A DNA stretch of 35,534 bases from NCBI GenBank assembly GCA_041495665.1, contig JBGQDD010000001.1, positions 1 to 35,534 of the forward strand. The letters are read 5' to 3'. The stretch is from Candidatus Acidiferrum sp. (GTDB lineage Bacteria; Acidobacteriota; Terriglobia; Acidiferrales; UBA7541). Position numbers and translations under genes: made by a program. How positions within the stretch are numbered: position 1 is the stretch's first letter; every line of letters begins with the position of its first letter. Of the stretch, positions 26,064-35,534 are shown one piece after another. The notes under the pieces were generated by a model. That model was not told the DNA's origin and made no database searches. It was given only the letters and a program-made list of their open reading frames with translations.

Positions 26064-26854
26064 TTTTGGAATTTCTGCTTGAACCGGGATTTGAGTAACT
26101 TACCAAGATTGCGAGAAGTGGCTTTCACAGATGCGTGCTCTCGTTCCAGTCGCAGCCAAGCCTGCCGATATAGGAGGCCGTGCTTCGTCGCAATGAATGC
26201 CTCGACTTGCGGTAGAAATCCTTGTGTGCGAGTGACCATCGACTGTTCGGCCTTCCGATAGTCGAACAAAACTTCAGGCACATACGCAAATTGCCAGCCG
26301 TGTTCCAAAGCACCCAACCAGAAATCCCAGTCTTCCAATCCCTGAACTGGCATCGTGCCATCGTAGCCGCGATTTTGCTCCCAAACAGAACGACGGTAGA
26401 GGGCAGAGGCGTGGATGTAATTCCATTTTAGCAACTTATCTGGTTCAAACAGGCCAACATGCCAGCGGCCCGTCCGGGTCCCGAAGCATTCCGCATCCCC
26501 GTAGACAACGCCAACTTGCGGATTCGATTCCAGGATTCGAATTCCATGGTCGACCCAGCCAGGGCGCAAACGGTCGTCGGCATCCAGGGGAAGAATATAC
26601 TCCCCTCTTGCAATCGCGATCCCGGCGTTTCGCGCCGCCGCGAGTCCTTTGTTTTCTTGCCGGATTACCTTAATCCCCGGTGCGGGCAGTGCATCCATTT
26701 CTTTGCGCGTTCGCTCATCGGTGGAACCATCGTCGACGACAATTATCTCAATATCGTCTCGCTCGATGGCGGTCGCGCTGCAGACGGCCTCGCGCAGAAA
26801 TTCGCCATGATTGAAGCAAGGGATTACGACGGATATTTTACAGGGCTCGGTCAT
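26060..26854 (-). CDS. Glycosyltransferase family 2
   Basis: SVVIPCFN, VVDDGSTD, NKGLAAARNAG, LDADD and EDWDFW. Confidence 0.93.
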   Translation of the reverse strand: MTEPCKISVVIPCFNHGEFLREAVCSATAIERDDIEIIVVDDGSTDERTRKEMDALPAPGIKVIRQENKGLAAARNAGIAIARGEYILPLDADDRLRPGWVDHGIRILESNPQVGVVYGDAECFGTRTGRWHVGLFEPDKLLKWNYIHASALYRRSVWEQNRGYDGTMPVQGLEDWDFWLGALEHGWQFAYVPEVLFDYRKAEQSMVTRTQGFLPQVEAFIATKHGLLYRQAWLRLEREHASVKATSRNLGKLLKSRFKQKFQK

Positions 26855-27197
26855 TACTCAGGAATCTGGCCTGTTTCTCCTTAACAAGTTGACGAACACG
26901 GCGGTTCTTCATCGCCGTCTGCTGCAACCATTTATTCGGATCGACCCCGACGTAGTTGCCCCTTTGAAGGTATTGCATCGGCTGGATTCCAGCAGGTAAG
27001 TTCCCGCAGCCAACCTCCAACACCTTCGAGTCAGGCTTGCATCCATCTCGCTTTAGGACTTCCGATTGAGGTTGTCCGCTTACATCGTCAGTGAAAACGT
27101 ACCGATCAGCATCTACGATTCCTGGCCGAGAAAGCGGTCTGAGGAGTCGCTTGATCGTCGGTCGCGCCACTTCTTTGAGCCGGTCTATCGGCCGCAT
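26838..27197 (-). pseudogene. Truncated class I SAM-dependent methyltransferase
   Basis: Motif I VLEVGCG and YVGVD, then ends at 119 aa inside the GT2 start. Confidence 0.6.
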
Positions 27198-27301
27198 ATG
27201 TCACACTTGCTGAAGAGGCCTTTGCTATTTACGGTGGTCAGCTATCTTATTGCCTGGGGCGGATTTGACCGATCGGTCTGTACCAAATAGCAACACAAAG
27301 A

Positions 27302-28189
27302 TTAACAGATTCGCAGTCCAAAAATGTGGTCACGGACGTAACCCCGCGGATCGTCCGGGCGCGAAGCGAGCGTGAAGCCGTGTTCGACAAGAAAGCACTC
27401 GACGAGGGCGCGCGTTCGAAATTGCTCGCCGTGGCCGAGGTCATACCGGAAATCGTGACACGCCACGCAGATTTGCCGAATTTGTTGGATGACCGGCTCC
27501 ATGCCAAGCAGTGCATCTCGCTCGGCTCCCTCGATATTCATCTTCAGGAAGGTGATGTCATTGAGTCCTTGTTGCTTACAGACGTCGGTGAGCGTAGTAG
27601 CTCGCACCGGAATTCCTGACGATCCCTCGCCAGACTCGATTGCATTTTCCATCCATGATGATTCGGATTCGGCTATCCGAACGGTGCCCGGCTTATCCAT
27701 CAGCGCGAGTTGTAGCAAAGTCACATTGGACAGCCGATTGAGCCGGCAGAAACTCTTCAGAATCTCGAAAGAGAGCGGATGGGCTTCGATGGCGATAACC
27801 CGACCAGTCGCGCCGACGGCGCGCGAAAATGTTAGCGTATCTTCGCCACGACCCGCTCCGACGTCGACGATGACATCCCCTTCTTGCGGACGGTAGTGTT
27901 GTAGCCAGTATTCTCTTGTTTCGGAGGCATATACCTCTGCTTGGCGTAGCCAATTGTCGAAATCGGAGTAAACGTAATTGAACTTCGGACCATCAGGAAA
28001 GAAATGAGGTCCGACCCGACGAGTCCACATCCCTTCAACGTAGGAGATCTCGACGCCGTCGCCGATGATCCGTTGCAGGTAGCGTGTTGCGATCTTTCCC
28101 AGGAGGAATCTTCCCCCCGGACGATCAAACAAACGCGTCAAAGCCCTTTTGTATGACAATTCTCTAACGGCTCCTATGGCTCTAGGCAT
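27302..28189 (-). CDS. FkbM-family methyltransferase
   Basis: VIVDVGAGRGE, VIAIEAHP and FLKMNIEGAE. Confidence 0.88.
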   Translation of the reverse strand: MPRAIGAVRELSYKRALTRLFDRPGGRFLLGKIATRYLQRIIGDGVEISYVEGMWTRRVGPHFFPDGPKFNYVYSDFDNWLRQAEVYASETREYWLQHYRPQEGDVIVDVGAGRGEDTLTFSRAVGATGRVIAIEAHPLSFEILKSFCRLNRLSNVTLLQLALMDKPGTVRIAESESSWMENAIESGEGSSGIPVRATTLTDVCKQQGLNDITFLKMNIEGAERDALLGMEPVIQQIRQICVACHDFRYDLGHGEQFRTRALVECFLVEHGFTLASRPDDPRGYVRDHIFGLRIC

Positions 28190-28201
28190 CCCGAAGATCT
28201 A

Positions 28202-29476
28202 TCACAAATGTGAGTCCTCGACCGGCGGGGGCTCAAAGATGGAGACTTTTTGTTCGAACCGACAGAGATACATGCCCGGGAAGGTCTCGGGGTGGCGGTT
28301 TGTCTCCTGGGTTTCGATGAAGTCGAGCGAGGTGGCGTGCTCAATGTCATTGATGGTTTCCATTGCGGGGCGCCCGAGCCACAGGCCCACGAGGTACTTA
28401 CCGGGTCGTAGCAAGACTTCGCGGAGGAGAAAGTTGGCCTTTGCAGTCTGTCCGGCCTGCAAGCTCACGAACTCCCCTTTTTGTGCCGTATTCGTGTCGA
28501 TCACGCGGTAGCCAGTGGAGTCGTAAAAGATGATAGCGAGGTTGGCGGATGCAAAATGCGATTGGCACGTGATTTCCACGCTGACACTTAAATCGCAGCC
28601 AGGGTAAGCAACTTCGAGCGGGCGTCCGGCGGAATCAAGGGGTTGCACCGAGATCGAATTAAAACGGGCTTTGCTATTGCCTTTTCTCGGACGAGTGGAC
28701 AAATCCGAGCCATCGACGACATCAAGCGACTCCGCGTAGTACCGGGCCGTTGCTTCGGGTGTGGAACCGTCAAACTCGACGCCCCCATTGTCCAAAATGA
28801 TGCAGCGCGAGCAAAGGGCGTTGATGGCACCCATGCTGTGGGAGACGAGGACGACGGTGCGGCCTGCGCGGGCGACGTCGCCCATTTTGCCGAGGCATTT
28901 CTTCTGGAAATTGATGTCGCCGACGGCGAGGACTTCATCGACAAGGAGGATTTCGGGTTCGAGATGGGCGGCGACGGCAAAGGCCAGACGGACGTACATG
29001 CCGGAAGAGTAGTGCTTGACGGGAGTATCGATGGATTTTTCGAGCTCGGCGAAGGCTACGATTTCGTCGAATTTGCGGGCGATTTCCGCTTTGCCCATGC
29101 CGAGGATCGCGCCGCTGAGGAAAGTATTTTCGCGGCCGGTCAGCTCGGGATGGAAGCCGGTGCCGACTTCGAGGAGGGAGCCAACGCGGCCGTGAATCTC
29201 CGCCCAGCCGGTCGTCGGCCTCGTGATGCGCGACAAAATCTTCAACAAAGTCGTCTTGCCCGCGCCGTTCCGGCCGATGAGGCCGAGGACTTCGCCTTCG
29301 CGGACTTCCGGTGAGACGTCTTTCAATGCCCAAAACGATTCTTCTTTTTTTCTGCGAAGCGAGGCGACGGGCGAGCGGAGGAAAGCTTCAATAACATGGC
29401 GAAGGCCTCCTTGCACCTGCAAACCGCAGCGATACTCTTTGCCGAGTCCTTCTCCGTAAATCACAGGTGCATTCAT
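28202..29476 (-). CDS. wzt: Polysaccharide ABC exporter ATP-binding protein with C-terminal carbohydrate-binding domain
   Basis: FWALKDVS, Walker A GRNGAGKTT, GFHPELTGREN, YSSGM, LLVDEVLAVGD, and a C-terminal extension (LRPGKYLVGL). Confidence 0.92.
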   Translation of the reverse strand: MNAPVIYGEGLGKEYRCGLQVQGGLRHVIEAFLRSPVASLRRKKEESFWALKDVSPEVREGEVLGLIGRNGAGKTTLLKILSRITRPTTGWAEIHGRVGSLLEVGTGFHPELTGRENTFLSGAILGMGKAEIARKFDEIVAFAELEKSIDTPVKHYSSGMYVRLAFAVAAHLEPEILLVDEVLAVGDINFQKKCLGKMGDVARAGRTVVLVSHSMGAINALCSRCIILDNGGVEFDGSTPEATARYYAESLDVVDGSDLSTRPRKGNSKARFNSISVQPLDSAGRPLEVAYPGCDLSVSVEITCQSHFASANLAIIFYDSTGYRVIDTNTAQKGEFVSLQAGQTAKANFLLREVLLRPGKYLVGLWLGRPAMETINDIEHATSLDFIETQETNRHPETFPGMYLCRFEQKVSIFEPPPVEDSHL

Positions 29477-30735
29477 GGCCAGACCGTCTCCGGCGTGGAC
29501 CGGGGGAGCACCTTTGTCGACGATGACTCTGCGAATGCGTAACGGGAGCGGTGGCCGAATCGTATCAGCGGGTTTTCAAAATAGCGCCAGGAAAGGCGCG
29601 CGATTGTCAGAGTCAACGCGAGCGCCGCAAGCGCGGTCAAGATGGTAGCTCCGCCCGTTATCTCCGGGTAGTGTCCCCAGAAATAGCCGAAAAGAATCCA
29701 CTGTACCAACAGGTGAAGAAGGTACGTGCCATAAGCAATTCCGCCGAGCCAGCCGAGCCATTTGACTCGAAGCGCACGGCTGATGAGACTACTCGGCCTG
29801 GTCACGGAGTAGAGGAGGACGTCGACATAAAACAGAGCCAGCCACTTAAAACCGAGGCTCTGCATCACGGGGCTCTCGATGTCAGGCGCTTTCAGTGCGA
29901 GGAACGCGATACCGAGCAAAAGCACAGGGATCGAAACTGCGAAAAACCGATCGTTCCGCTGAATTCGAGCGCTCCAGCCCTCATTTCGCAGCAGAATTGC
30001 CGCCAAAACTCCGAGCAGCAAAGCGTCTGCGCGGCATGGCATCAGGACAAAACCGGCGGCCCAATTGTGTGGCCAAATAAACCGGATGGCAATCCGCGCC
30101 AATGGAGCCAGACAAATCCCGGCCAGAACGCAGGTTAGAAGCCTGCGGCCCGTGAAGAACCGGACGATAAGCGGGAGAGTAAGATAAAACTGCTCTTCGA
30201 TGGCCAGGGACCAGGTGACTGCCAGCGCGCTGCCGCCAAAGGTTACCGCATGTGCCATCCAGAAGTTCTGCGTGAAAGTCCAGTAGGAGTACCAGGGCAA
30301 GCGGTCCGCGGCGAGCCCGGTGAAATCGACGTGGTGCATGCGCTGCGCCGCAAACGCGAACGCCGGAAAGACGAGGAGAAGGGCAGCATAAATGGGGACG
30401 ATGCGGAAGAAACGGCGCGTGTAAAAGATCTGGAAGTAGTTAGTCGCTTTGCGCGCATCGAGAAGAATTCCCCCGATGAGGAAACCGGACAATACGAAAA
30501 AGAGGTCCACGCCGCTCCAGGTTAGCCGTCCGAAGACGAGGGCATAGGAAAACGGTGTGGCAGGAGCAGCCACGGCCGGACTGACAAAGTAGTGCCAGAT
30601 CAAGACACTGCCGATGGCCGTGCCGCGGAGGCCGTCAAGCTCGGGGATGCGCCCTATTAGATTGAATGACTTGTTCTTCCCCGCCAAAGCGTTCCTGACC
30701 CCCCAACGATCGATCTGATGATGTGAAGGTGGCAA
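29473..30735 (-). CDS. Acyltransferase-3 (OafA-like) membrane O-acyltransferase; start may be slightly downstream
   Basis: RIPELDGLRG, GVDLFFVLSGFLI, RRFFRIVP, TWSLAIEEQFY and SWRYFENP. Confidence 0.92.
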   Translation of the reverse strand: MPPSHHQIDRWGVRNALAGKNKSFNLIGRIPELDGLRGTAIGSVLIWHYFVSPAVAAPATPFSYALVFGRLTWSGVDLFFVLSGFLIGGILLDARKATNYFQIFYTRRFFRIVPIYAALLLVFPAFAFAAQRMHHVDFTGLAADRLPWYSYWTFTQNFWMAHAVTFGGSALAVTWSLAIEEQFYLTLPLIVRFFTGRRLLTCVLAGICLAPLARIAIRFIWPHNWAAGFVLMPCRADALLLGVLAAILLRNEGWSARIQRNDRFFAVSIPVLLLGIAFLALKAPDIESPVMQSLGFKWLALFYVDVLLYSVTRPSSLISRALRVKWLGWLGGIAYGTYLLHLLVQWILFGYFWGHYPEITGGATILTALAALALTLTIARLSWRYFENPLIRFGHRSRYAFAESSSTKVLPRSTPETVWP

Positions 30736-30791
30736 ACAGGAAGTTTACTTGAAAACCGCATCCCACGAAACTGCGCCCTGGACCGGACAAG

Positions 30792-31730
30792 TCAGCCGTT
30801 GATCCGGCCTTCAGCAAACACCGCATGTAGTTGCAAGGACCATGCCGGCAATTCCAACCCAAACTCTTGTTTCAGTCGGGAGTTCGAGAGCACAGAATAG
30901 GCAGGACGACGCGCCGGCGTGGGGTACTCTTCAGCTGGTATCGCGGTGACGCGACGCGTGACCAACGGTTGCCCTTTAGTAGCTGTCTCAAACCAGGGAA
31001 TGCCTCGCGGGATTCGAGAAGCCTCTTTGAGTATTACCTTCGCAAATTCAAACCAGCTAGTTTCGCCTGCTGCTGTCATGTGATAGATGCCGCCTAATTT
31101 GGAAATTGCTTCCTGGCCTTGCTGGGAGAGTTGCCTCAAGACTATCGCAGTGCCCTTGGCGATTTCGTGGCTCCAGGTAGGCGCGCCGAACTGGTCGCGC
31201 ACAACCTTCAATTCTTCGCGCTCGGTCGCGAGGCGTAGGATTGTGAGCAGGAAGTTCCGCCCCGTTGTGCCGTAAACCCAGGCCGTCCTAAAGATCAGGT
31301 GCGGAACCCCAACAGCTCGGATGGCCTCTTCCCCGGCGAGCTTTGTCTTGCCGTAAACGTTGATTGGATTAGGCCGATCATTCTCGGCGTAAGGGAGGCT
31401 GCTCGAACCATCGAAAACGTAGTCCGTGGAATAGTGCACCAGCAATGCGCCTATCCGCTTCGCCTCTTCCGCCATTAAAGCGGGCGCATCCACATTGATG
31501 ATACGGGCCTGCTTCTCTTCTCTTTCGGCCTGGTCCACCGAAGTGTACGCAGCGGCATTGACGATCATGTCCGGTTGGACGTCACGGATTGCCCGGCGGA
31601 TATGATCGGGGTTTGAAAGATCTAACTCATGGCGATCGAAGGCCGCAACCTCTCCCAGGCGCGGAAGAAGCACTGCAAGCTCCGCACCAATTTGCCCCTT
31701 CTTTCCAGTCAGCAGAATTCTCAATTTCAT
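30792..31730 (-). CDS. rmlD: dTDP-4-dehydrorhamnose reductase
   Basis: GKKGQIG, NAAAYTSVD, STDYVFDG, YGKTKLAGE, DQFGAPT and PARRPAYS. Confidence 0.96.
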   Translation of the reverse strand: MKLRILLTGKKGQIGAELAVLLPRLGEVAAFDRHELDLSNPDHIRRAIRDVQPDMIVNAAAYTSVDQAEREEKQARIINVDAPALMAEEAKRIGALLVHYSTDYVFDGSSSLPYAENDRPNPINVYGKTKLAGEEAIRAVGVPHLIFRTAWVYGTTGRNFLLTILRLATEREELKVVRDQFGAPTWSHEIAKGTAIVLRQLSQQGQEAISKLGGIYHMTAAGETSWFEFAKVILKEASRIPRGIPWFETATKGQPLVTRRVTAIPAEEYPTPARRPAYSVLSNSRLKQEFGLELPAWSLQLHAVFAEGRING

Positions 31731-32296
31731 GCTCCCGTGTATCGGGGCAGAGATTCTCTGGGAATCATCGCTAAGCTTGGAAGTTGCTGGTCTTTTTCCG
31801 AGACAATCGGGCTCTCAATACCCCAGGAGATTTTGAGCTCGGGATCACTCCACAACACACCGCACTCGTCCTCAGGATGGTAGTAGTCGCTGCATTTGTA
31901 TAGAAAATGAACGGTGTCAGTTAGCGCCACGAAACCGTGCGCAAATCCGGCCGGAACATAAATCTGGTTCTGGCTTTCCGCGCTTAGGAGGACACTGGTC
32001 CACTTGCCGAAGTGCGAGGAACCCGTGCGTACGTCCAGTACTACATCAAGTGCTTGTCCTTCCACAACCCGGCACAACTTCGCTTGCGGATGGTGCAATT
32101 GGTAATGAAGGCCTCGCAGAGTGCCTTTCTGTGAACACGAATGATTGTCTTGGACGAAAGTTTCTGCGATTCCGAACTCGCGGAATTTTGCGAGATGGAA
32201 TGTTTCCAGAAAGAAACCTCGCCCGTCGCGAAAGACTTTCGGTTGTAGTTCCACCACGCCTGGTAGTGAAGTTTCAATTCGCTGCAAGGGAATCAA
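31727..32296 (-). CDS. rmlC: dTDP-4-dehydrorhamnose 3,5-epimerase (TTG 32287 may be the real start)
   Basis: DGRGFFLE, FVQDNHS, LRGLHYQ, GFAHGF and YKCSDYY. Confidence 0.96.
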   Translation of the reverse strand: MIPLQRIETSLPGVVELQPKVFRDGRGFFLETFHLAKFREFGIAETFVQDNHSCSQKGTLRGLHYQLHHPQAKLCRVVEGQALDVVLDVRTGSSHFGKWTSVLLSAESQNQIYVPAGFAHGFVALTDTVHFLYKCSDYYHPEDECGVLWSDPELKISWGIESPIVSEKDQQLPSLAMIPRESLPRYTGA

Positions 32297-32384
32297 GTCC
32301 TTATTTAATTTCGCAGATGACCCGATGAATGAAACAACTATGGCATTCTAGCCGAACCCCGCAGCACGTTGTAAGCTCCTGAAT

Positions 32385-33437
32385 TCAGCGTAAAGTTTTC
32401 GGCTCCGCCGGGGCAATGGCACGGAGAGAAGAATCGCGATTGTCATAGTATTTTTCGTAATAGGAGCGATATTCGCCCGCATTCACACTGGCCAGCCAAT
32501 CGGGATTGGATTCATACCATTCAATAGTTCGCCGCAAACCTTCATCCAGAGAAATCATTCGTTTCCAGCCGAGCTCCTCCTCTGCCTTGCTGCAATCGAG
32601 GGCGTAGCGGCGGTCGTGGCCTGGACGGTCTTTCACGAACGCCAGGAGCGTTTCCGGTTTGCCCATTGCCCCGAGAACACGCTTCGCCATCGTCAGATTC
32701 TCTTCGACGTCCATACCACCGATGTTGTAGACCTCGCCGGTCCTGCCACGCTCGAGTGCCGCCAGGATTCCACGACAATTGTCATCAACGTGAAGCCAGT
32801 CGCGTTGTTGCATTCCATCACCGTAGATGGGAAGAGGCTTGCCAACAAGCGCGTTAGTGATCATCAGGGGTAAGAATTTCTCGGGGAATTGGCGCGGGCC
32901 ATAGTTGTTCGAGGAACGCGTAACCAGCGCTGGGACACCATATGTGCGGACAAAGGAGAGCACCAGAAGGTCTGCAGCTGCCTTTGAGGCCGAATAAGGG
33001 CTACTCGGCTGCAGCGGTGATTTTTCGTTCGCGAACGTTCCCGGCGATAGGTCACCATAAACTTCATCTGTGGAAATATGGACAAACCGTTTGATCTCGA
33101 TTCGCCGCGCTATCTGGAGAAGAACGAAGGTGCCAGTGACATTCGTTTCAATGACTGGCGCCGGCTCGTAAATGCTGCGATCCACGTGAGATTCCGCAGC
33201 AAAATGAACAACCGCGTCACAGCCTCCCATGGCGGCTTCGACTGCGTCGGCATCGCAGATGTCTCCCTTTGCGAACCGGTATCGGGGATCCTCTGCAATA
33301 CCTCTCAGATTAGCCAGATTTGCAGCGTAGGTCAGCTTGTCATAGTTGACGACCGAGTAGTTCCTATTTGACTCGAGAGCGCGGCGAATGAAGTTGGAGC
33401 CGATGAAGCCAGCGCCACCGGTAACAAAAAGCTTCAT
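32385..33437 (-). CDS. rmlB: dTDP-glucose 4,6-dehydratase
   Basis: GGAGFIGSNF, AAESHVDRSI, STDEVYG, YSASK, NNYGP and DRPGHDRRY. Confidence 0.97.
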   Translation of the reverse strand: MKLFVTGGAGFIGSNFIRRALESNRNYSVVNYDKLTYAANLANLRGIAEDPRYRFAKGDICDADAVEAAMGGCDAVVHFAAESHVDRSIYEPAPVIETNVTGTFVLLQIARRIEIKRFVHISTDEVYGDLSPGTFANEKSPLQPSSPYSASKAAADLLVLSFVRTYGVPALVTRSSNNYGPRQFPEKFLPLMITNALVGKPLPIYGDGMQQRDWLHVDDNCRGILAALERGRTGEVYNIGGMDVEENLTMAKRVLGAMGKPETLLAFVKDRPGHDRRYALDCSKAEEELGWKRMISLDEGLRRTIEWYESNPDWLASVNAGEYRSYYEKYYDNRDSSLRAIAPAEPKTLR

Positions 33438-34213
33438 CAGCCCGCTCCCTGCCGGGCTATAACATTGGGATTATTCTTTTCAGTTCTCATCTTGTTTGCG
33501 CCGGTTTTCGCCACAAGATTATTGGCGCGCAACAGTGATTCGAATGTGCCGGCATCGGTCCACCAGCCTTCTAGAATCTCAAATGTCATTGCTGTTTCTT
33601 CGACATAGAAGTTGTTAACGTCAGTGATCTCGAGTTCACCTCGCCCCGAAGGTTTCAGACGACGAATTCTTTGAAACACCGTCGCGTCATAGAAGTAAAC
33701 ACCGATGACAGCATAATTGGATTTAGGAACAGTGGGTTTTTCCTCGATACCAACAACGCGGTCGTCATGAATCTCTGCCACGCCAAATCGTTGAGCGTCA
33801 GAAACTTCCTTGAGCAGGATTTTCGCTCCCTGCTTTTGTTTTCTATACTTCTCCACCGCCTCACAAATATTGTTCTCGATGATGTTATCGCCCAGAATTA
33901 CGCAGATTGGCTCGCCGGATGCAAAATACTCTGCCAAGCCAAGCGCATCGGCGATTCCGCCTTCGCCTTCTTGGTAGGTATAGTTCAAATGCTTCAAACC
34001 GAAGTCGCGGCCATTCCCTAAGAGTCGCAGGAAATCGCCGGAGTTCTTTCCTCCGGTGACGAGAAGAATCTCTTCGATCCCGGCGTTGACGAGGGTTTGA
34101 ATTGGATAATACACCATGGGCCTGTCATATACCGGTAGCAGGTGCTTGTTTGTCACCCGCGTGAGTGGATTTAGCCGGCTCCCGGTTCCGCCGGCAAGTA
34201 CTACACCTTTCAT
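33437..34213 (-). CDS. rmlA: Glucose-1-phosphate thymidylyltransferase (short, SpsI-like form)
   Basis: LAGGTGSRL.P, NKHLLPVYD, LGDN, EEKP, SGRGELEITD and WTDAGT. ATG 34213 has an AGGGAG SD; TGATG overlap with rmlB. Confidence 0.93.
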   Translation of the reverse strand: MKGVVLAGGTGSRLNPLTRVTNKHLLPVYDRPMVYYPIQTLVNAGIEEILLVTGGKNSGDFLRLLGNGRDFGLKHLNYTYQEGEGGIADALGLAEYFASGEPICVILGDNIIENNICEAVEKYRKQKQGAKILLKEVSDAQRFGVAEIHDDRVVGIEEKPTVPKSNYAVIGVYFYDATVFQRIRRLKPSGRGELEITDVNNFYVEETAMTFEILEGWWTDAGTFESLLRANNLVAKTGANKMRTEKNNPNVIARQGAG

Positions 34214-34796
34214 ATATGTCCCTGTCTCCCTCCTGCAAATCGAAGCACGTTGTTGATTTCCGGCTCGCAAGGATTATCCCTGTGTGTGGGATAGCTCGCA
34301 AGCTCGAAACGCTAGTTTTGACTTTTTCGCGCTATCACACTAATTCAATAATTGCGTGAAATCCTCGCACGGGCTAGATGGAGGAGAAACATCCCGAACA
34401 GATGCAGTATAGATCAAAGGTAACAGAACATCTTCGATTTGCGAGGCGCCGGGCTTCTTTGATGTCCGCCCAACTCTGAAGCTTCAGCTTGGTGCGATTG
34501 CCGCAACGATCCCGTGTGGGCGGAAACTGATGGAGATGGAGCTAGACAAACCCAACGTGGCAAAGGGCTACGTGCGAAGTCAGTGCTTCAACTAACTCGT
34601 GAAGGGTGGGCTCGCGTGAGGTTTCGGGACAGATCGGTGAGAGCTGCTATGTGAAACCAACAGTGGCCATTACGGCCTCATGATGGGAACGGGAACGCCA
34701 GCCCAGATACGCCGCGAGAAGTCGATCTCCTTCCGCTTGCGGGGCCCCTCGACTTGAATCACAGCAGTTTTCATAATTCCACTCAACCTGAACGCA

Positions 34797-35534
34797 TCAT
34801 TTCTCAATAGCTACGATGGTGATCTCTCTCAGGCTATCTCGAAAGATGGTCCTCACATGGGGACCTGACAGCCCGGGATCGCCTGCGGGCGTAAAAACGA
34901 AATAATCGTAATCGGCAGGCTGCAATGCATTGGGAGTCTGCCATGGAGAAGAGGCATCCTTCACGTCATAGGGCATCATCCAGCTTGCATGGTAGCGTCG
35001 CCTGTAGAAATTGATCTCCGGCTCGTACCACCATGTGCCCCCGACGCGCACGGTGGTCAAGCTCCGCGCTCGGGCGTCGCTGGCAATGGCTTGATAAAGA
35101 TCGAGGGAAATGACGTCGTAGGCGTTGTACCGAAAATACGTAGTATGCAGGGAGAGCGCATAATCAAAGACCACGATCGCCGCGATCAACAACCCCATGC
35201 CCTTCAAATAAGATCGGGGAAATCGAGAATAGACCTCTCGCGCAATCAGGAGGCTGCCGATCGTGAATAACGGAATTATAAAAAGGCAGTACCGGCTGAA
35301 GGGGTAGTCGATCTTGGCAACTACGTGAAGGACGACGATGAAAACAATGCTAGCGATCGCCGCGCCTCCAAAGATCCGGCAATGCGCATTTTGATTTCCC
35401 TGGGATTCGGCCGGTCTGCGGGATGCGAGAATCAAGCCGAAGGCTACATAGGAGAGCAGAAGCGGAAATAACAGATAGACACCCAAATCCGAGACTCGCG
35501 CCTGCCAGCTCCCGGGGGAAGGCAGAACCGCACC
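34797..35534 (-). CDS. Membrane protein, 5' end outside the window (possibly GT-C-like)
   Basis: Frame is open to the window end; several TM segments, YPFSRY, and a soluble C-terminal tail. Confidence 0.65.
   Translation of the reverse strand, partial: GAVLPSPGSWQARVSDLGVYLLFPLLLSYVAFGLILASRRPAESQGNQNAHCRIFGGAAIASIVFIVVLHVVAKIDYPFSRYCLFIIPLFTIGSLLIAREVYSRFPRSYLKGMGLLIAAIVVFDYALSLHTTYFRYNAYDVISLDLYQAIASDARARSLTTVRVGGTWWYEPEINFYRRRYHASWMMPYDVKDASSPWQTPNALQPADYDYFVFTPAGDPGLSGPHVRTIFRDSLREITIVAIEK

Noticed and set aside
34214-34796. ops/JUMPStart element or riboswitch upstream of rmlA
   Set aside because: No GGCGGTAG-type motif seen; only a short GCTCGCAAG repeat and a small hairpin, which is insufficient.

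Overview
This GC-rich bacterial window has gene content suggestive of Acidobacteriota (inference) and falls into three blocks. (1) 1-8.9 kb holds a lasso-peptide-type RiPP locus. A minus-strand operon runs RRE/B1 - APH-like kinase - B2 leader peptidase - AsnB-like cyclase - a 47-aa precursor (1883-2026) that is absent from the ORF track. It converges on an S9/AtxE2-like isopeptidase and is headed by two divergent paralogous HTH + degenerate S24-like regulators. The precursor has a YxxP leader but no Thr(-2) and no Asp/Glu at core positions 7-9, so the product may be a non-canonical phosphorylated macrolactam. (2) 9-22.2 kb holds decayed conjugative/integrative element material: an XRE regulator, ParB, mobile mystery proteins A/B, AbiEi plus truncated AbiEii, a 3-gene exported/TPR cargo operon, a TrwC/TraI helicase fragment, ArdC and a RelE-type TA pair. 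It also has two long TTGACA-containing hairpins resembling ssDNA (Frpo-type) promoters and several rearrangement scars. (3) 23-35.5 kb holds a surface polysaccharide locus: rmlABCD, an acyltransferase, wzt without wzm, FkbM, a truncated methyltransferase, two GT2 enzymes and membrane proteins. No rRNA, tRNA or CRISPR array was seen.
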